Shown: piece after piece, positions 18,197 to 26,859 of the stretch | Position numbering within the stretch: position 1 is the first letter of the stretch | Layout of the letters: the number at the start of each line of letters is the position of its first letter | Assembly: GCA_949282345.1 (NCBI GenBank) | Contig: CASDOQ010000048.1 | Span: 17,309-81,308 of the forward strand | DNA length: 64,000 nt | Source of the DNA: an uncultured bacterium | Lineage (GTDB): Bacteria > Bacillota > Clostridia > Oscillospirales > CAG-272 | Direction: 5' to 3' | Translations under genes and position numbers: made by a program | The notes under the pieces: model-generated | Told to the model about the DNA's origin: nothing | The model's input: only the letters and a program-made list of their open reading frames with translations | Database searches by the model: none

Positions 18197-20140
18197 TTAT
18201 TTCCGGATCGGGATCTCCGCCGCGGCATAACTCCTGTCGGGCGGTTCCTGAGTCGATTCACCGTACTCGCCGCGGGCAATGCGTCCGTTTGCGGTGATAA
18301 TCCCAAGGAGAAGAAAGAAGAGGAAGAAAACGCGCAGGTCATAAAAAACATAGTCGGTGATCCCGAAGACGAGCAGGGCAAGAATACTGCAGAATGCGCC
18401 GATCCCGGGGATACATACGCTGTCCTCGGGTACAAGATTCCGAAGCGAGACGGCACGGCGGAGAGCCGAGAGCAAAAGAAGAAGAAAGGCAAAGAGCGCA
18501 AAGATGCCCATTTCAATTCCGATCTGTAGATAGAGGTTATGCGAATGCAGAGCCGCTTCCGCCCCGCTGACGGCATAGCCGGCGTAGACCCGGCGGAAAT
18601 TCTCCGAGGAGGCGCCAATCCCCCCGAGCAGATGGTCGGCAAAGAGCGAGAGGCTTGCGCGCCATACCTGAAAGCGGTAATAGACCGAGGAATCGACCCC
18701 GCCGCCGAGGAAGGAGAAGATCGAAGCAATGCGGCATGCCAGCGCGTCGGGCGCAAAGAGGAGAAGATTCGGCAGGAGCGCAAGCAGGAAAAAGAAGATC
18801 CTGGCCCGCTTCCGACAGGCGAGAAGAATAAAGAAGAAGAGTGCGACGAGCGTCCCGATCCAAGCCCCGCGCGACCAGGTGAAGATCATCGCGGCAAAGA
18901 GGAGGAGAAATGCCGGGATCTGCCAGAATTTTCTCTTCTTTTTTCCTGGCAGGACCGAGAGAAGGACGGGCAGGCAGAGACAGAGATAGGCGGCAAAGAT
19001 ATTCGGATTGCCGAGGATCGAGGTGATGCGTCCGTCGATATAGGCGGCCGCGGCTGAATCCAGCCAGTCGGGGCGGGCAAGACCGGTAATGGCCTGATAG
19101 ATCCCGATGGCGGAGAGAATGGCGGCGGAAGAAAGGAGCGAATGGAGAAAGGCGAGCAGGAGGCGGGAGGAGGAGAGCAGGTTGGCAGCCAGAAAATAGC
19201 CGCAGAGGAGAAAACACGCCGAAGCCAGAGAACGGAAGAAAGCCTCCGTGCCCGAGCCGAGCGCAAAGATCCCACTGAAAAGGCAGAAGACCGAAAACAG
19301 GAGGACGAACAGGTCAAGGGCCTCGAAGGAAAAACCGCGCTTTCCGAAAAGCCATTTTCTGAAATAGGAGAGGGTGGTTACGCCGAGGAGAATGCAAAGG
19401 AGTGGGATCGGGTGCGGGAACAGGGTCGAAAACGGAAAGAAAAAGGCGAGGAAGATGAGCGAGAATTCAGGGCTTGCCAGGGTGAGAAGTGTATAGAACG
19501 CCCCTGACAGTATGCAAAGAAGCAGGAGTGGCGATACGTGATAGGAGACCGCTCCGAGCCCCGCGCCGAGTAAAAGAAGAAGCATGGCGGGCAGTGGTCG
19601 CCGCGCGGGATCGGGCGTATGCGGCCGCGGCAGGGAAAGCACTTCAAAAAGGAAATGCGCAAGGCCTGCGTCGCGCGTCACGACCGTGGCAAGGGGCTGT
19701 GCGAAAAAGAGAAAGAGCAAAGCGAAAAAGAGGAAGATCGCCCCCGCGATCCCGTCCGGCACCGAGGTCACATAGTCGTTTTGAAAGAGAGGGAGGATCA
19801 GATAACGGAAGATCGAAACTATGCCGACAGGGAAGAGGAAAAGCGAATATACGGAAAGTTTTGTTTGCATAGCCGCTTCTGCAACAGCGAGATAAAAGCG
19901 GCGGAAAGGTCTTTTTCCGAGGCCTTCCATCCGGCGGAGAATGCGTGCGCGGGTATCTTCCTCGCGGATGCGTCTCGCTTCTTCAAAATCGCTTTGCCGA
20001 TAGCAGGCGTTCCCTGCCTCATAACCGGTGAGAAAGGCATAGATGCGGGAAGCAAGGATATTCTCCTTCACCCGCCTGAAAAATGCGCGGAGCCGCCCCG
20101 GGCATGACGACGGCGCACCGCTCTCGTTTTCTGCTTTCAT
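18197..20140 (-). CDS. polytopic O-antigen-ligase/Wzy-like membrane protein
   Basis: 647 aa with more than 10 TM segments and the Wzy_C-type motif FTWSRGAWIG. RBS is AAGGAG. Confidence 0.75.
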   Translation of the reverse strand: MKAENESGAPSSCPGRLRAFFRRVKENILASRIYAFLTGYEAGNACYRQSDFEEARRIREEDTRARILRRMEGLGKRPFRRFYLAVAEAAMQTKLSVYSLFLFPVGIVSIFRYLILPLFQNDYVTSVPDGIAGAIFLFFALLFLFFAQPLATVVTRDAGLAHFLFEVLSLPRPHTPDPARRPLPAMLLLLLGAGLGAVSYHVSPLLLLCILSGAFYTLLTLASPEFSLIFLAFFFPFSTLFPHPIPLLCILLGVTTLSYFRKWLFGKRGFSFEALDLFVLLFSVFCLFSGIFALGSGTEAFFRSLASACFLLCGYFLAANLLSSSRLLLAFLHSLLSSAAILSAIGIYQAITGLARPDWLDSAAAAYIDGRITSILGNPNIFAAYLCLCLPVLLSVLPGKKKRKFWQIPAFLLLFAAMIFTWSRGAWIGTLVALFFFILLACRKRARIFFFLLALLPNLLLFAPDALACRIASIFSFLGGGVDSSVYYRFQVWRASLSLFADHLLGGIGASSENFRRVYAGYAVSGAEAALHSHNLYLQIGIEMGIFALFAFLLLLLSALRRAVSLRNLVPEDSVCIPGIGAFCSILALLVFGITDYVFYDLRVFFLFFLLLGIITANGRIARGEYGESTQEPPDRSYAAAEIPIRK

Positions 20141-20179
20141 ACGGCTCCTTTCTGCGGCACTCGTTTTCGGCCGCGGTTT

Positions 20180-20941
20180 TTATTCTTCGCGCTCTTTCGG
20201 GGTTCGGCACATCTTTTTGGCTTTTTTCGGCGGGGGTGCCGGGTGAAGCGCAAGATACGCCTCGTACAGGTCGGGGCGGCGTTCTTCGGTCAGGGCGAGC
20301 GACTGCGCCAGCCGCCACGCGTCGATCATTTTATGGTCGCCGGAAAGGAGGACATCGGGAACCTTACATCCTTCCACCACGGGCGGGCGCGTGTACTGTG
20401 GGTATTCGAGAAGACCTGAGGCGATGCTTTCGTCGCGGTAACAGTCGGGTTCCGCCAGAACGCCTGGTAGGAGGCGCGCCACCGCATCGATCAGCGCACA
20501 GGCGGGCAATTCCCCGCCCGTCAGCACGAAATCCCCGATTGAGATCTCCTCGGCCGCCATCAGGTCGAGCGCACGTTGGTCGACCCCCTCGTAATGACCG
20601 CAAAGGAGGATCAGCGAGTCACAGGTCGCCAGTTCCTCCGCCAGAGTCTGCGTCAGATGCTTTCCCCGGGGGGAGAGATAAATGACCCGCCGTTTTTCCC
20701 CGGCCGGATGAGAACGGAGGACGGCTTCAAAACAGCGGAGGATCGGCGGCGCCGCCATCAGCATCCCGCACCCGCCGCCGTAGGGCGTGTCATCGACGTT
20801 TTTATGTTTGCTTTCGGAATAATCGCGGATATTATGGCAGGCATATGTAAAGCAGCCGTTTTTTACGGCGCGACCGAGGATGCTGGAGGAGAGAAACGTT
20901 TCCAAAACCTCGGGAAAGAGCGTCATGATCTCAAATCTCAT
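20180..20941 (-). CDS. trmD: tRNA (guanine37-N1)-methyltransferase
   Basis: Starts MRFEIMTLFPE. Sits in the classical rimM-trmD arrangement. Confidence 0.9.
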   Translation of the reverse strand: MRFEIMTLFPEVLETFLSSSILGRAVKNGCFTYACHNIRDYSESKHKNVDDTPYGGGCGMLMAAPPILRCFEAVLRSHPAGEKRRVIYLSPRGKHLTQTLAEELATCDSLILLCGHYEGVDQRALDLMAAEEISIGDFVLTGGELPACALIDAVARLLPGVLAEPDCYRDESIASGLLEYPQYTRPPVVEGCKVPDVLLSGDHKMIDAWRLAQSLALTEERRPDLYEAYLALHPAPPPKKAKKMCRTPKEREE

Positions 20942-21446
20942 CGAAGATACCCGGTATCGGGCAGACAAGGATATGCCGCCCGATGTCAATTTCCTTTATG
21001 AATTCGTTCACCGCCGGGAAAAGCACCTCGCCGTGGGGAGTGTCCACGATATAGAGCGGGGTCTTGCGCGAAACGTCGACCTCGCGCACCCTGCCGTATT
21101 GCACGCCGGTTTTCGCGTCGATGAGCGGCAGTCCCGGAAGTTCGGCGAGAAAGACCTTCTTTCCTTCCGGGTCAAGATCGCACCGCCGGGCAAAGACGGT
21201 ATTTCCCGAAAGGAGGCGGGCTTCCTCGGGTGTGCTGATCGCTTCGAAAAGGACAAGCAGGCCCTCGCGGTACGGCCGGGCCGAAAGGAGCCGCCGGGGA
21301 AAATAGGAGCCGTCCTCATTCCGAAAGAAAAGCGCGGGCAGGGCGGCGGCCACGGCGGGCGTATCGGTGTAGCATTCCATTCTGATCTCCCCACGGACGC
21401 CGTGGGGGGAGAGGAGCTTTCCGCATTCCAAAAAGTCGAGCTTCAT
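20931..21446 (-). CDS. rimM: 16S rRNA processing protein RimM
   Basis: 171 aa with G-K-L-L-S-P-H-G-V-R-G-E near the N-terminus. Lies directly upstream of trmD. Confidence 0.88.
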   Translation of the reverse strand: MKLDFLECGKLLSPHGVRGEIRMECYTDTPAVAAALPALFFRNEDGSYFPRRLLSARPYREGLLVLFEAISTPEEARLLSGNTVFARRCDLDPEGKKVFLAELPGLPLIDAKTGVQYGRVREVDVSRKTPLYIVDTPHGEVLFPAVNEFIKEIDIGRHILVCPIPGIFDEI

Positions 21447-21476
21447 ATCTCTGCTTCTTCCTGTCAGTTCGTATAC

Positions 21477-22577
21477 TCAATTATACCATGCCCGACCCGA
21501 TCTTTCAAGAGCTTTTTCTAAGAGCGAGGCGTAGAGCGCGCGGTAGCGTTCTCCCATTTGCCGGGCGGTACCAAAACGGCGGTACCGCGCCCCGGCGGCC
21601 GCACCGAGCCCCGCAAGCAGAGAGGGGGCCGCCGAAAGGCGGCGCACGCATCCGGCAAGTGCCGCGGCATTGCGTGCCGGAAAGAGGAGCGCCCCGCCCT
21701 CGGCGGCAACCTCCCGGTGGCCGGGAATATCGGAAAGCAACGCGGGGATCCCGAGCGAGGCCGCTTCCGAAATGACGAGGGGGGAGGTTTCTGATCCGAC
21801 CGACGGGCAGACGAGCAGATCGGCAAGCGAGAGGATCCCGGCGACTTCGTTGACCTGGCCGAGAAAGGAAACGCGCGGTAGAATGCCGAGCCGTGCGGCC
21901 AGTGCGTGCAGTTCGCGGCGAAGCGGACCGTCCCCGATGAGCAAGAGGCGTACCGTTCCGGGCAGGAGCGCCAGCGCCCGCAGGGCGGTGTCGATCGCCT
22001 TAACGTCGGCAAGCCGGGCACAGACAGCAAGGACGAGATCCCGGTCTCCGAGCCCGGCGGCGCGTCGGCGGCGCAGGCGCTCTTCCCCTTGGAACTTCGG
22101 CTGTGGCGGGACACCGTTCTCAATGCAGACGGCAGGGATCCGGTGGCGGAGCAGATCGCGCAGAGAGTTCCGGGAGGTGGCTACGGTCATATCGGTCAGC
22201 GCGCGGTATATCGCACGCCGCACGGGATCTTTCTGCCACGCCGGGGAGGTGTCGCAATGGCGGCTTGCCAAAATGACGGGAACACCGAGCAACCGCCCCG
22301 CCAGCCGCGCCGTGGGACAGGCGTGCGTATGCAGGATGTCCGGCGAAAAGGCGCGGATCGCCTTTTGGATAGTAAAAAGGTCAACAGGGCTGTCTCTGTC
22401 AACCGGAATGTCAAGTTTTATTGTCGTTATACCTTTTTTTATCAACCGGGGGATCAAGGCGCTTTTGGCGGGAAGCGCAACAGCGGCGGTCAACGGCTCA
22501 AGTTCGGGCAAAAGATAGGAAAGCTGTACGCCCGCCCCGCCGACGTTTCCGTCGGTCAGAAAATGGAGAATGCGCAT
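21477..22577 (-). CDS. family-4 (GT-B) glycosyltransferase
   Basis: 366 aa with N-terminal GGAGVQ and a C-terminal E-x7-E-like region (SETSPLVISEAASLGIPAL). Confidence 0.75.
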   Translation of the reverse strand: MRILHFLTDGNVGGAGVQLSYLLPELEPLTAAVALPAKSALIPRLIKKGITTIKLDIPVDRDSPVDLFTIQKAIRAFSPDILHTHACPTARLAGRLLGVPVILASRHCDTSPAWQKDPVRRAIYRALTDMTVATSRNSLRDLLRHRIPAVCIENGVPPQPKFQGEERLRRRRAAGLGDRDLVLAVCARLADVKAIDTALRALALLPGTVRLLLIGDGPLRRELHALAARLGILPRVSFLGQVNEVAGILSLADLLVCPSVGSETSPLVISEAASLGIPALLSDIPGHREVAAEGGALLFPARNAAALAGCVRRLSAAPSLLAGLGAAAGARYRRFGTARQMGERYRALYASLLEKALERSGRAWYN

Positions 22578-22604
22578 GGCGGCTCCTTCCGTGGCGTGAT
22601 ACCG

Positions 22605-23195
22605 TCAGTTTTTCCTCTTTCCCTTAAAATATGCGGAGAGGATCGCGCGGGATTCTTCTGCCAATACGCCTCCCGTGACGGCGGGCTTATGGTTGAAGGT
22701 GAGCGCGTTGAAATCGGTCGCGGAACCGAAGACCCCGGCTTTTTCGTCATAGGCGCCGAACACAACGCGCGGGATCCGTGCGTTGACGATGGCCCCGCCG
22801 CACATCGGGCAGGGTTCCAGCGTGACGTAGAGGGTGCAACCCGGGAGCCGCCAGCCGCCGAGGGTGCGGCAGGCCTCTTCAATGGCGAGGATTTCGGCGT
22901 GGTGCGTGGCGCATTTATCCGATTCCCGGCGGTTGCGCGCGGCGGCGATCAGACGTCCGTTTTGCACGATGCAGGCCCCGACCGGCGCTTCGTCCGCCTC
23001 GGCCGCCTCCTGCGCCAGACGGAGCGCCTCCCGCATATAGGCAAGATCTTCTTCGGTGACGGCGGTTTGCCGGGCAGGCTCTCTGTCGGTCATGCCTGCG
23101 GCGGTCTTCGCGGCGTCGTCATTTTCCGGGAGGGCGGCGGTCACGGCTTCGGCTTCTTCGCCGGAACAGGGCGTTTTTTCGGTAAGACTCTTCAT
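22605..23195 (-). CDS. tadA: tRNA adenosine(34) deaminase with an N-terminal extension
   Basis: HAEILAIEEA and PCPMCGGAI zinc-binding motifs. Confidence 0.88.
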   Translation of the reverse strand: MKSLTEKTPCSGEEAEAVTAALPENDDAAKTAAGMTDREPARQTAVTEEDLAYMREALRLAQEAAEADEAPVGACIVQNGRLIAAARNRRESDKCATHHAEILAIEEACRTLGGWRLPGCTLYVTLEPCPMCGGAIVNARIPRVVFGAYDEKAGVFGSATDFNALTFNHKPAVTGGVLAEESRAILSAYFKGKRKN

Positions 23196-23207
23196 GGTAT
23201 TTTCCTT

Positions 23208-24011
23208 TCACAAGATCGTGGCGAGGAGCATAAGCGCCGCAAAGACGGGGAAGGGCGACAAGACGAGATCCCGGAAAAAACGAGGGTCCCCTGGCGCCGG
23301 CGCAAAAAGGAGGGGGCGCTTTCTTTCGTTCAGAAAAAAGAGGAGAAGGCCAAGGAGCGTTCCCGTCCCCGAAAGAAGAAAGAAGAGGTCGATTGGCAGG
23401 TCGCGGCAAAGGAGTGAGACGAGGTTGTTGGTAAGATGGAAGAGAAACGGCAGGAAAAGAGAGCCGGAATAAAGCCGCAGAAAGCCGAGGAGGATGCCGG
23501 CGGCCAGGGCATAGGGGATCTGATAGAGATTTCCGTGCAGGAGAGAAAAGGCAAGAGAAGTGCCGAGGATGGCGGGGAGGTCGCCGTACGGGGCAAGCAG
23601 GGAATAGAGGGCCCCCCGAAAGAAAAGTTCTTCGGTAAAGGCGGCCAGCGCCACGTCAAAAAGGATCGTGAGGAAAAGCGAGGCGAGCGGTTCCTGCCGG
23701 GGGAGCGGCACGCCGAGCGACGAAAAGAGCTGTGCGGTGAAGAGCGAGAGGGCAGCGATCAGCAGGACAAAGGCCGGCAAAAGGAGCAAAAGAGCCGCCG
23801 AGCGCTGTCTTTGCGGAAAGACAGGAATGTCTTTGGCGTCGGGTCGAAGCCTGAACGAAGCCGGGAGGAAAAAAGTCGAAAGCGAGCAAAAAAGAAAGGA
23901 GAATACCGTACCGCACCGGCGCAGGAGCGGGGAGGGCAGGAAGGAAGAAAACGTCAGAAGAAGAACGCATAAAAGCAAAAGAAGAGAAAAAGAAGAGAGT
24001 TTTCTTTTCAT
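23208..24011 (-). CDS. CPBP-family intramembrane glutamic endopeptidase
   Basis: EELFFRG motif and a later LLHG motif, with multiple TM segments. The start was moved to the ATG preceded by GAAAGGAG. Confidence 0.75.
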   Translation of the reverse strand: MKRKLSSFSLLLLLCVLLLTFSSFLPSPLLRRCGTVFSFLFCSLSTFFLPASFRLRPDAKDIPVFPQRQRSAALLLLLPAFVLLIAALSLFTAQLFSSLGVPLPRQEPLASLFLTILFDVALAAFTEELFFRGALYSLLAPYGDLPAILGTSLAFSLLHGNLYQIPYALAAGILLGFLRLYSGSLFLPFLFHLTNNLVSLLCRDLPIDLFFLLSGTGTLLGLLLFFLNERKRPLLFAPAPGDPRFFRDLVLSPFPVFAALMLLATIL

Positions 24012-24289
24012 GATCGGCTCCTTTCTTTTTTCGTCTTTTTCTCGTTTTTTCTCGCCTTCTTTTATGGTGCTTTCCCGCCCCCGCACGTTCGGCGATCGGG
24101 CCTTCGGTTTTTCGGCCACCTGCCCCGGCCTTTATATTTTGCGATCCTGCCGGTTGACGGCGTTCGCGCTTCGTATGCATCTTTTCTCAGGATTCCGAGG
24201 CTTTCGGGATCGGCATGGCCGTTCTCTCTTTATCATACACCGAAAAAGACAAAAAAACAAGCGTTTTCCGATCGATCGGACGCGGGGAC

Positions 24290-24317
24290 TTGACTTTTCA
24301 CTTTTTACGGCTATAAT
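24290..24317 (+). promoter_or_regulatory. sigma-A-like promoter of the SGNH hydrolase gene
   Basis: TTGACT, 16-nt spacer, TATAAT. Confidence 0.6.
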
Positions 24318-24396
24318 GGGAGAGAAGGAAAAAATGCACGTCCGGGAAAGCCGGACGGCGGCATGATCCATGAAAGATGTCGGGAGGGAAGAAGAT

Positions 24397-25371
24397 ATGA
24401 ACGAAAAACTGTTTGCCCCCGGGGCGCGGGTCGCCTTCCTCGGGGATTCGATCACGCACGCAGGACGCGCCGTGACCTGTATTCAGAAGTATTACCTTGA
24501 GCATTTCCCGGAACGGAAGGTAAAGGTCTATAACTGCGGCATCGGCGGGGATACGGCCGCCGGATGCATCGAGCGGATCGATTATTCCCTGCATATGTGT
24601 GAGCCCACCGAGGTCGTTATCATGTTCGGAGTGAACGACCTGCACGCCGGGTATTACCGGCCTGATGCTTCCCCCGAGCAGCTTGAAAAGAACCTGGCCA
24701 TCCGCCACCGCCACACCGAGAATATGGCCAAACTCGTGCGGCTCCTTTCGGAACGCGGTCTGCCCGTGACGCTTTGCTCGGGCGTAGGCCGGGACGGCTT
24801 CACGCCCGGGGAGACCGACGAAGTGGAGAATGCCGCCGGCATGAGCGATGCGCTCGCGCTGGCCTATGCCGAAAACCGGCAGGTCATCCCGGGGCTGAAA
24901 AACACCGTGGATTACCGCACGCCGTTTCAGGCTTTGCAACAGGCGTGCGTTGCGCGCGGCCTCCCCTCGCTCTTTCAGCCCGACCGCACCCATCCGAACG
25001 CTCTCGGGCAGGAGATGATGGCGCGTATCTTTCTGGCGGGGCAGGGACTTCCCGTCCTGCTCCCGACGGCGGAGGATTTTGCCGAAGGGTACCGCGAACC
25101 GGCTTTTTCGCCGGAACTCTCTGATCTTTGCCGGCGCGGGGCGAATCTTGCGGACATCGCTTTTATCTATCCGCATCAGGCGAGACGTTGCCCTGACATG
25201 GATCTCTCTGCCCGGATCGCCTATTGGCAGGCGGAGGCGGAAAAGTTGACCGCAGATACGCCGAGCGACAAGTATATGAGAAACATGATCCGGAATTATA
25301 TAGAACGCGCCCCCGGGGAGGAGGAACTGCAAGCCGCATATCGCGCCGCCGTGGATGCGCTGTATTCGTGA
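24397..25371 (+). CDS. SGNH/GDSL-family hydrolase
   Basis: FLGDSITHAG (block I) and GVNDL. The ATG is preceded by GGGAGGG. Confidence 0.75.
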   Translation: MNEKLFAPGARVAFLGDSITHAGRAVTCIQKYYLEHFPERKVKVYNCGIGGDTAAGCIERIDYSLHMCEPTEVVIMFGVNDLHAGYYRPDASPEQLEKNLAIRHRHTENMAKLVRLLSERGLPVTLCSGVGRDGFTPGETDEVENAAGMSDALALAYAENRQVIPGLKNTVDYRTPFQALQQACVARGLPSLFQPDRTHPNALGQEMMARIFLAGQGLPVLLPTAEDFAEGYREPAFSPELSDLCRRGANLADIAFIYPHQARRCPDMDLSARIAYWQAEAEKLTADTPSDKYMRNMIRNYIERAPGEEELQAAYRAAVDALYS

Positions 25372-25557
25372 CATATCCGGGACAGGACACGTTGCCGCTG
25401 CCCCGGTTCTTTTGCGTGATCCCCTCCCCGGGAGGATTTTCCCCGGTTTTCTGACCGGTTTTCCGCCGGCGGGTACGGATGCCAAGATCCGTCCGGCGAC
25501 AGAAAAGACGGTGCGGATGCGAACAAATGGCCGGCAGACGGCATCGGAAAGAAAAGA

Positions 25558-25603
25558 CCGGAGGCGTTCCGAATCGGAATTTCCTCCGGCCTTTTGCGGT
25601 TTG
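25558..25603 (+). terminator. Terminator after the SGNH hydrolase gene
   Basis: CCGGAGG ... CCTCCGG stem followed by ccttttgcggttt. Confidence 0.55.
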
Positions 25604-25674
25604 TCCGACATGGCTTTTTGAGGCCTTGTCCGGGACAGATCATCACAGTCGTTCTCCGGCGCGGCTTTTTGAAG

Positions 25675-26646
25675 TCAGTTCTTTTCCCCGCCTTCTTTTC
25701 CGGCTTTCCGGGCCGCGAGGCGGGTGCGGAGAGCGAGGATCGCATCGGTTGACTGAGAAAGCAGGACGGCAGCAAAGACCACGGCGCACCCGATATATTC
25801 CTGTGTGGTCAGGATCTCCCCCGTGAAGATAGCGCCGCCGAGAGCGCCGAAGAGAGACTCGGTACTCATGATGATCGAGGCGGCGGCCGGCGGGCATTCC
25901 TTTTGTCCGAGGATCTGGAGGGTGAAGGCCAGCGCGCCCGAACCGATTCCGAGGTAGAGGAGCGGCAGGAGAGCGGCCTGCACGTTGACCCACGCAAGGT
26001 CTTCAAAGATCAGGGCGAGGAGAAGATTCAAAAGACTGGTGGTCAGCATCTGCACGAGAGAGATCCGCACTCCGTCGCATCCTTCGGACACCGCGTCGAC
26101 CGTCATGATATGCGTGCACCAGCAGAGCGAGGAAAGGAAAAGAAGCAGATCGGACGGGGCAAAGGCAAGCCCCTCTTTGACGGTGATCAGCCCGACGCCG
26201 GTCAGCGCAAGCAGGACCGAAAGCACAAGGAGAGGCGAGAGCCGCCGCCGGAAAAGGATCACGCCCGCCAGCGGCACGAGGACGACGTAGAGCGTGGTGA
26301 TGAAAGCCGCTTTTCCGGCCCCGGAACCGCCGATGGCTGCCTGTTGGGTGGCTGAGGCGGCGGCTAACGCCGCTCCGCAGATCAGACCGCCGAGCAGTTC
26401 TTTTTTCTTCAGCGGGGATTTGCGGCGCGAGAAGAGCGAACGGCCGGTCTTTCCGGCTTTGTCAAAGAAAACGACAACGGGGATCAGCGCGAAGCCGGCG
26501 ATCAGAAAACGGACGAATCCGCAGCTGAACGTGCCGAGATGCTCGGACACTTTGCTTTGCGCGGCAAAGCCGAAACCCCATATTATGGCGGTGAGAAGGA
26601 GGAGTAAGCTCCCCCGGAACTGGTTTTTTCTGCTTTCGGTATTCAT
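25675..26646 (-). CDS. EamA/DMT-family transporter
   Basis: 323 aa with about 10 TM segments arranged as two EamA-like halves. Confidence 0.8.
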   Translation of the reverse strand: MNTESRKNQFRGSLLLLLTAIIWGFGFAAQSKVSEHLGTFSCGFVRFLIAGFALIPVVVFFDKAGKTGRSLFSRRKSPLKKKELLGGLICGAALAAASATQQAAIGGSGAGKAAFITTLYVVLVPLAGVILFRRRLSPLLVLSVLLALTGVGLITVKEGLAFAPSDLLLFLSSLCWCTHIMTVDAVSEGCDGVRISLVQMLTTSLLNLLLALIFEDLAWVNVQAALLPLLYLGIGSGALAFTLQILGQKECPPAAASIIMSTESLFGALGGAIFTGEILTTQEYIGCAVVFAAVLLSQSTDAILALRTRLAARKAGKEGGEKN

Positions 26647-26781
26647 AGCATTTTTCCTTATAAATCAAAGCAAAACTATAACATCGATATATTGTATCAG
26701 AAGAGTCGAAGTCTGTCAAGACCCGCTTCGTCATCGGTTTTTTGCCTGCTTCCCGGTCGGTTCTTCGCGCCTTCGCGTTTC

Positions 26782-26810
26782 TTGACAGGCACGGGCGGAT
26801 ATGCTACAAT
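26782..26810 (+). promoter_or_regulatory. near-consensus sigma-A promoter of the helicase gene
   Basis: TTGACA, 17-nt spacer, TACAAT. Confidence 0.7.
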
Positions 26811-26859
26811 GAAAGACAAAAAGTTCGGGAAGATCCGAGCCTGCAAAGGAGGTGCTCCT

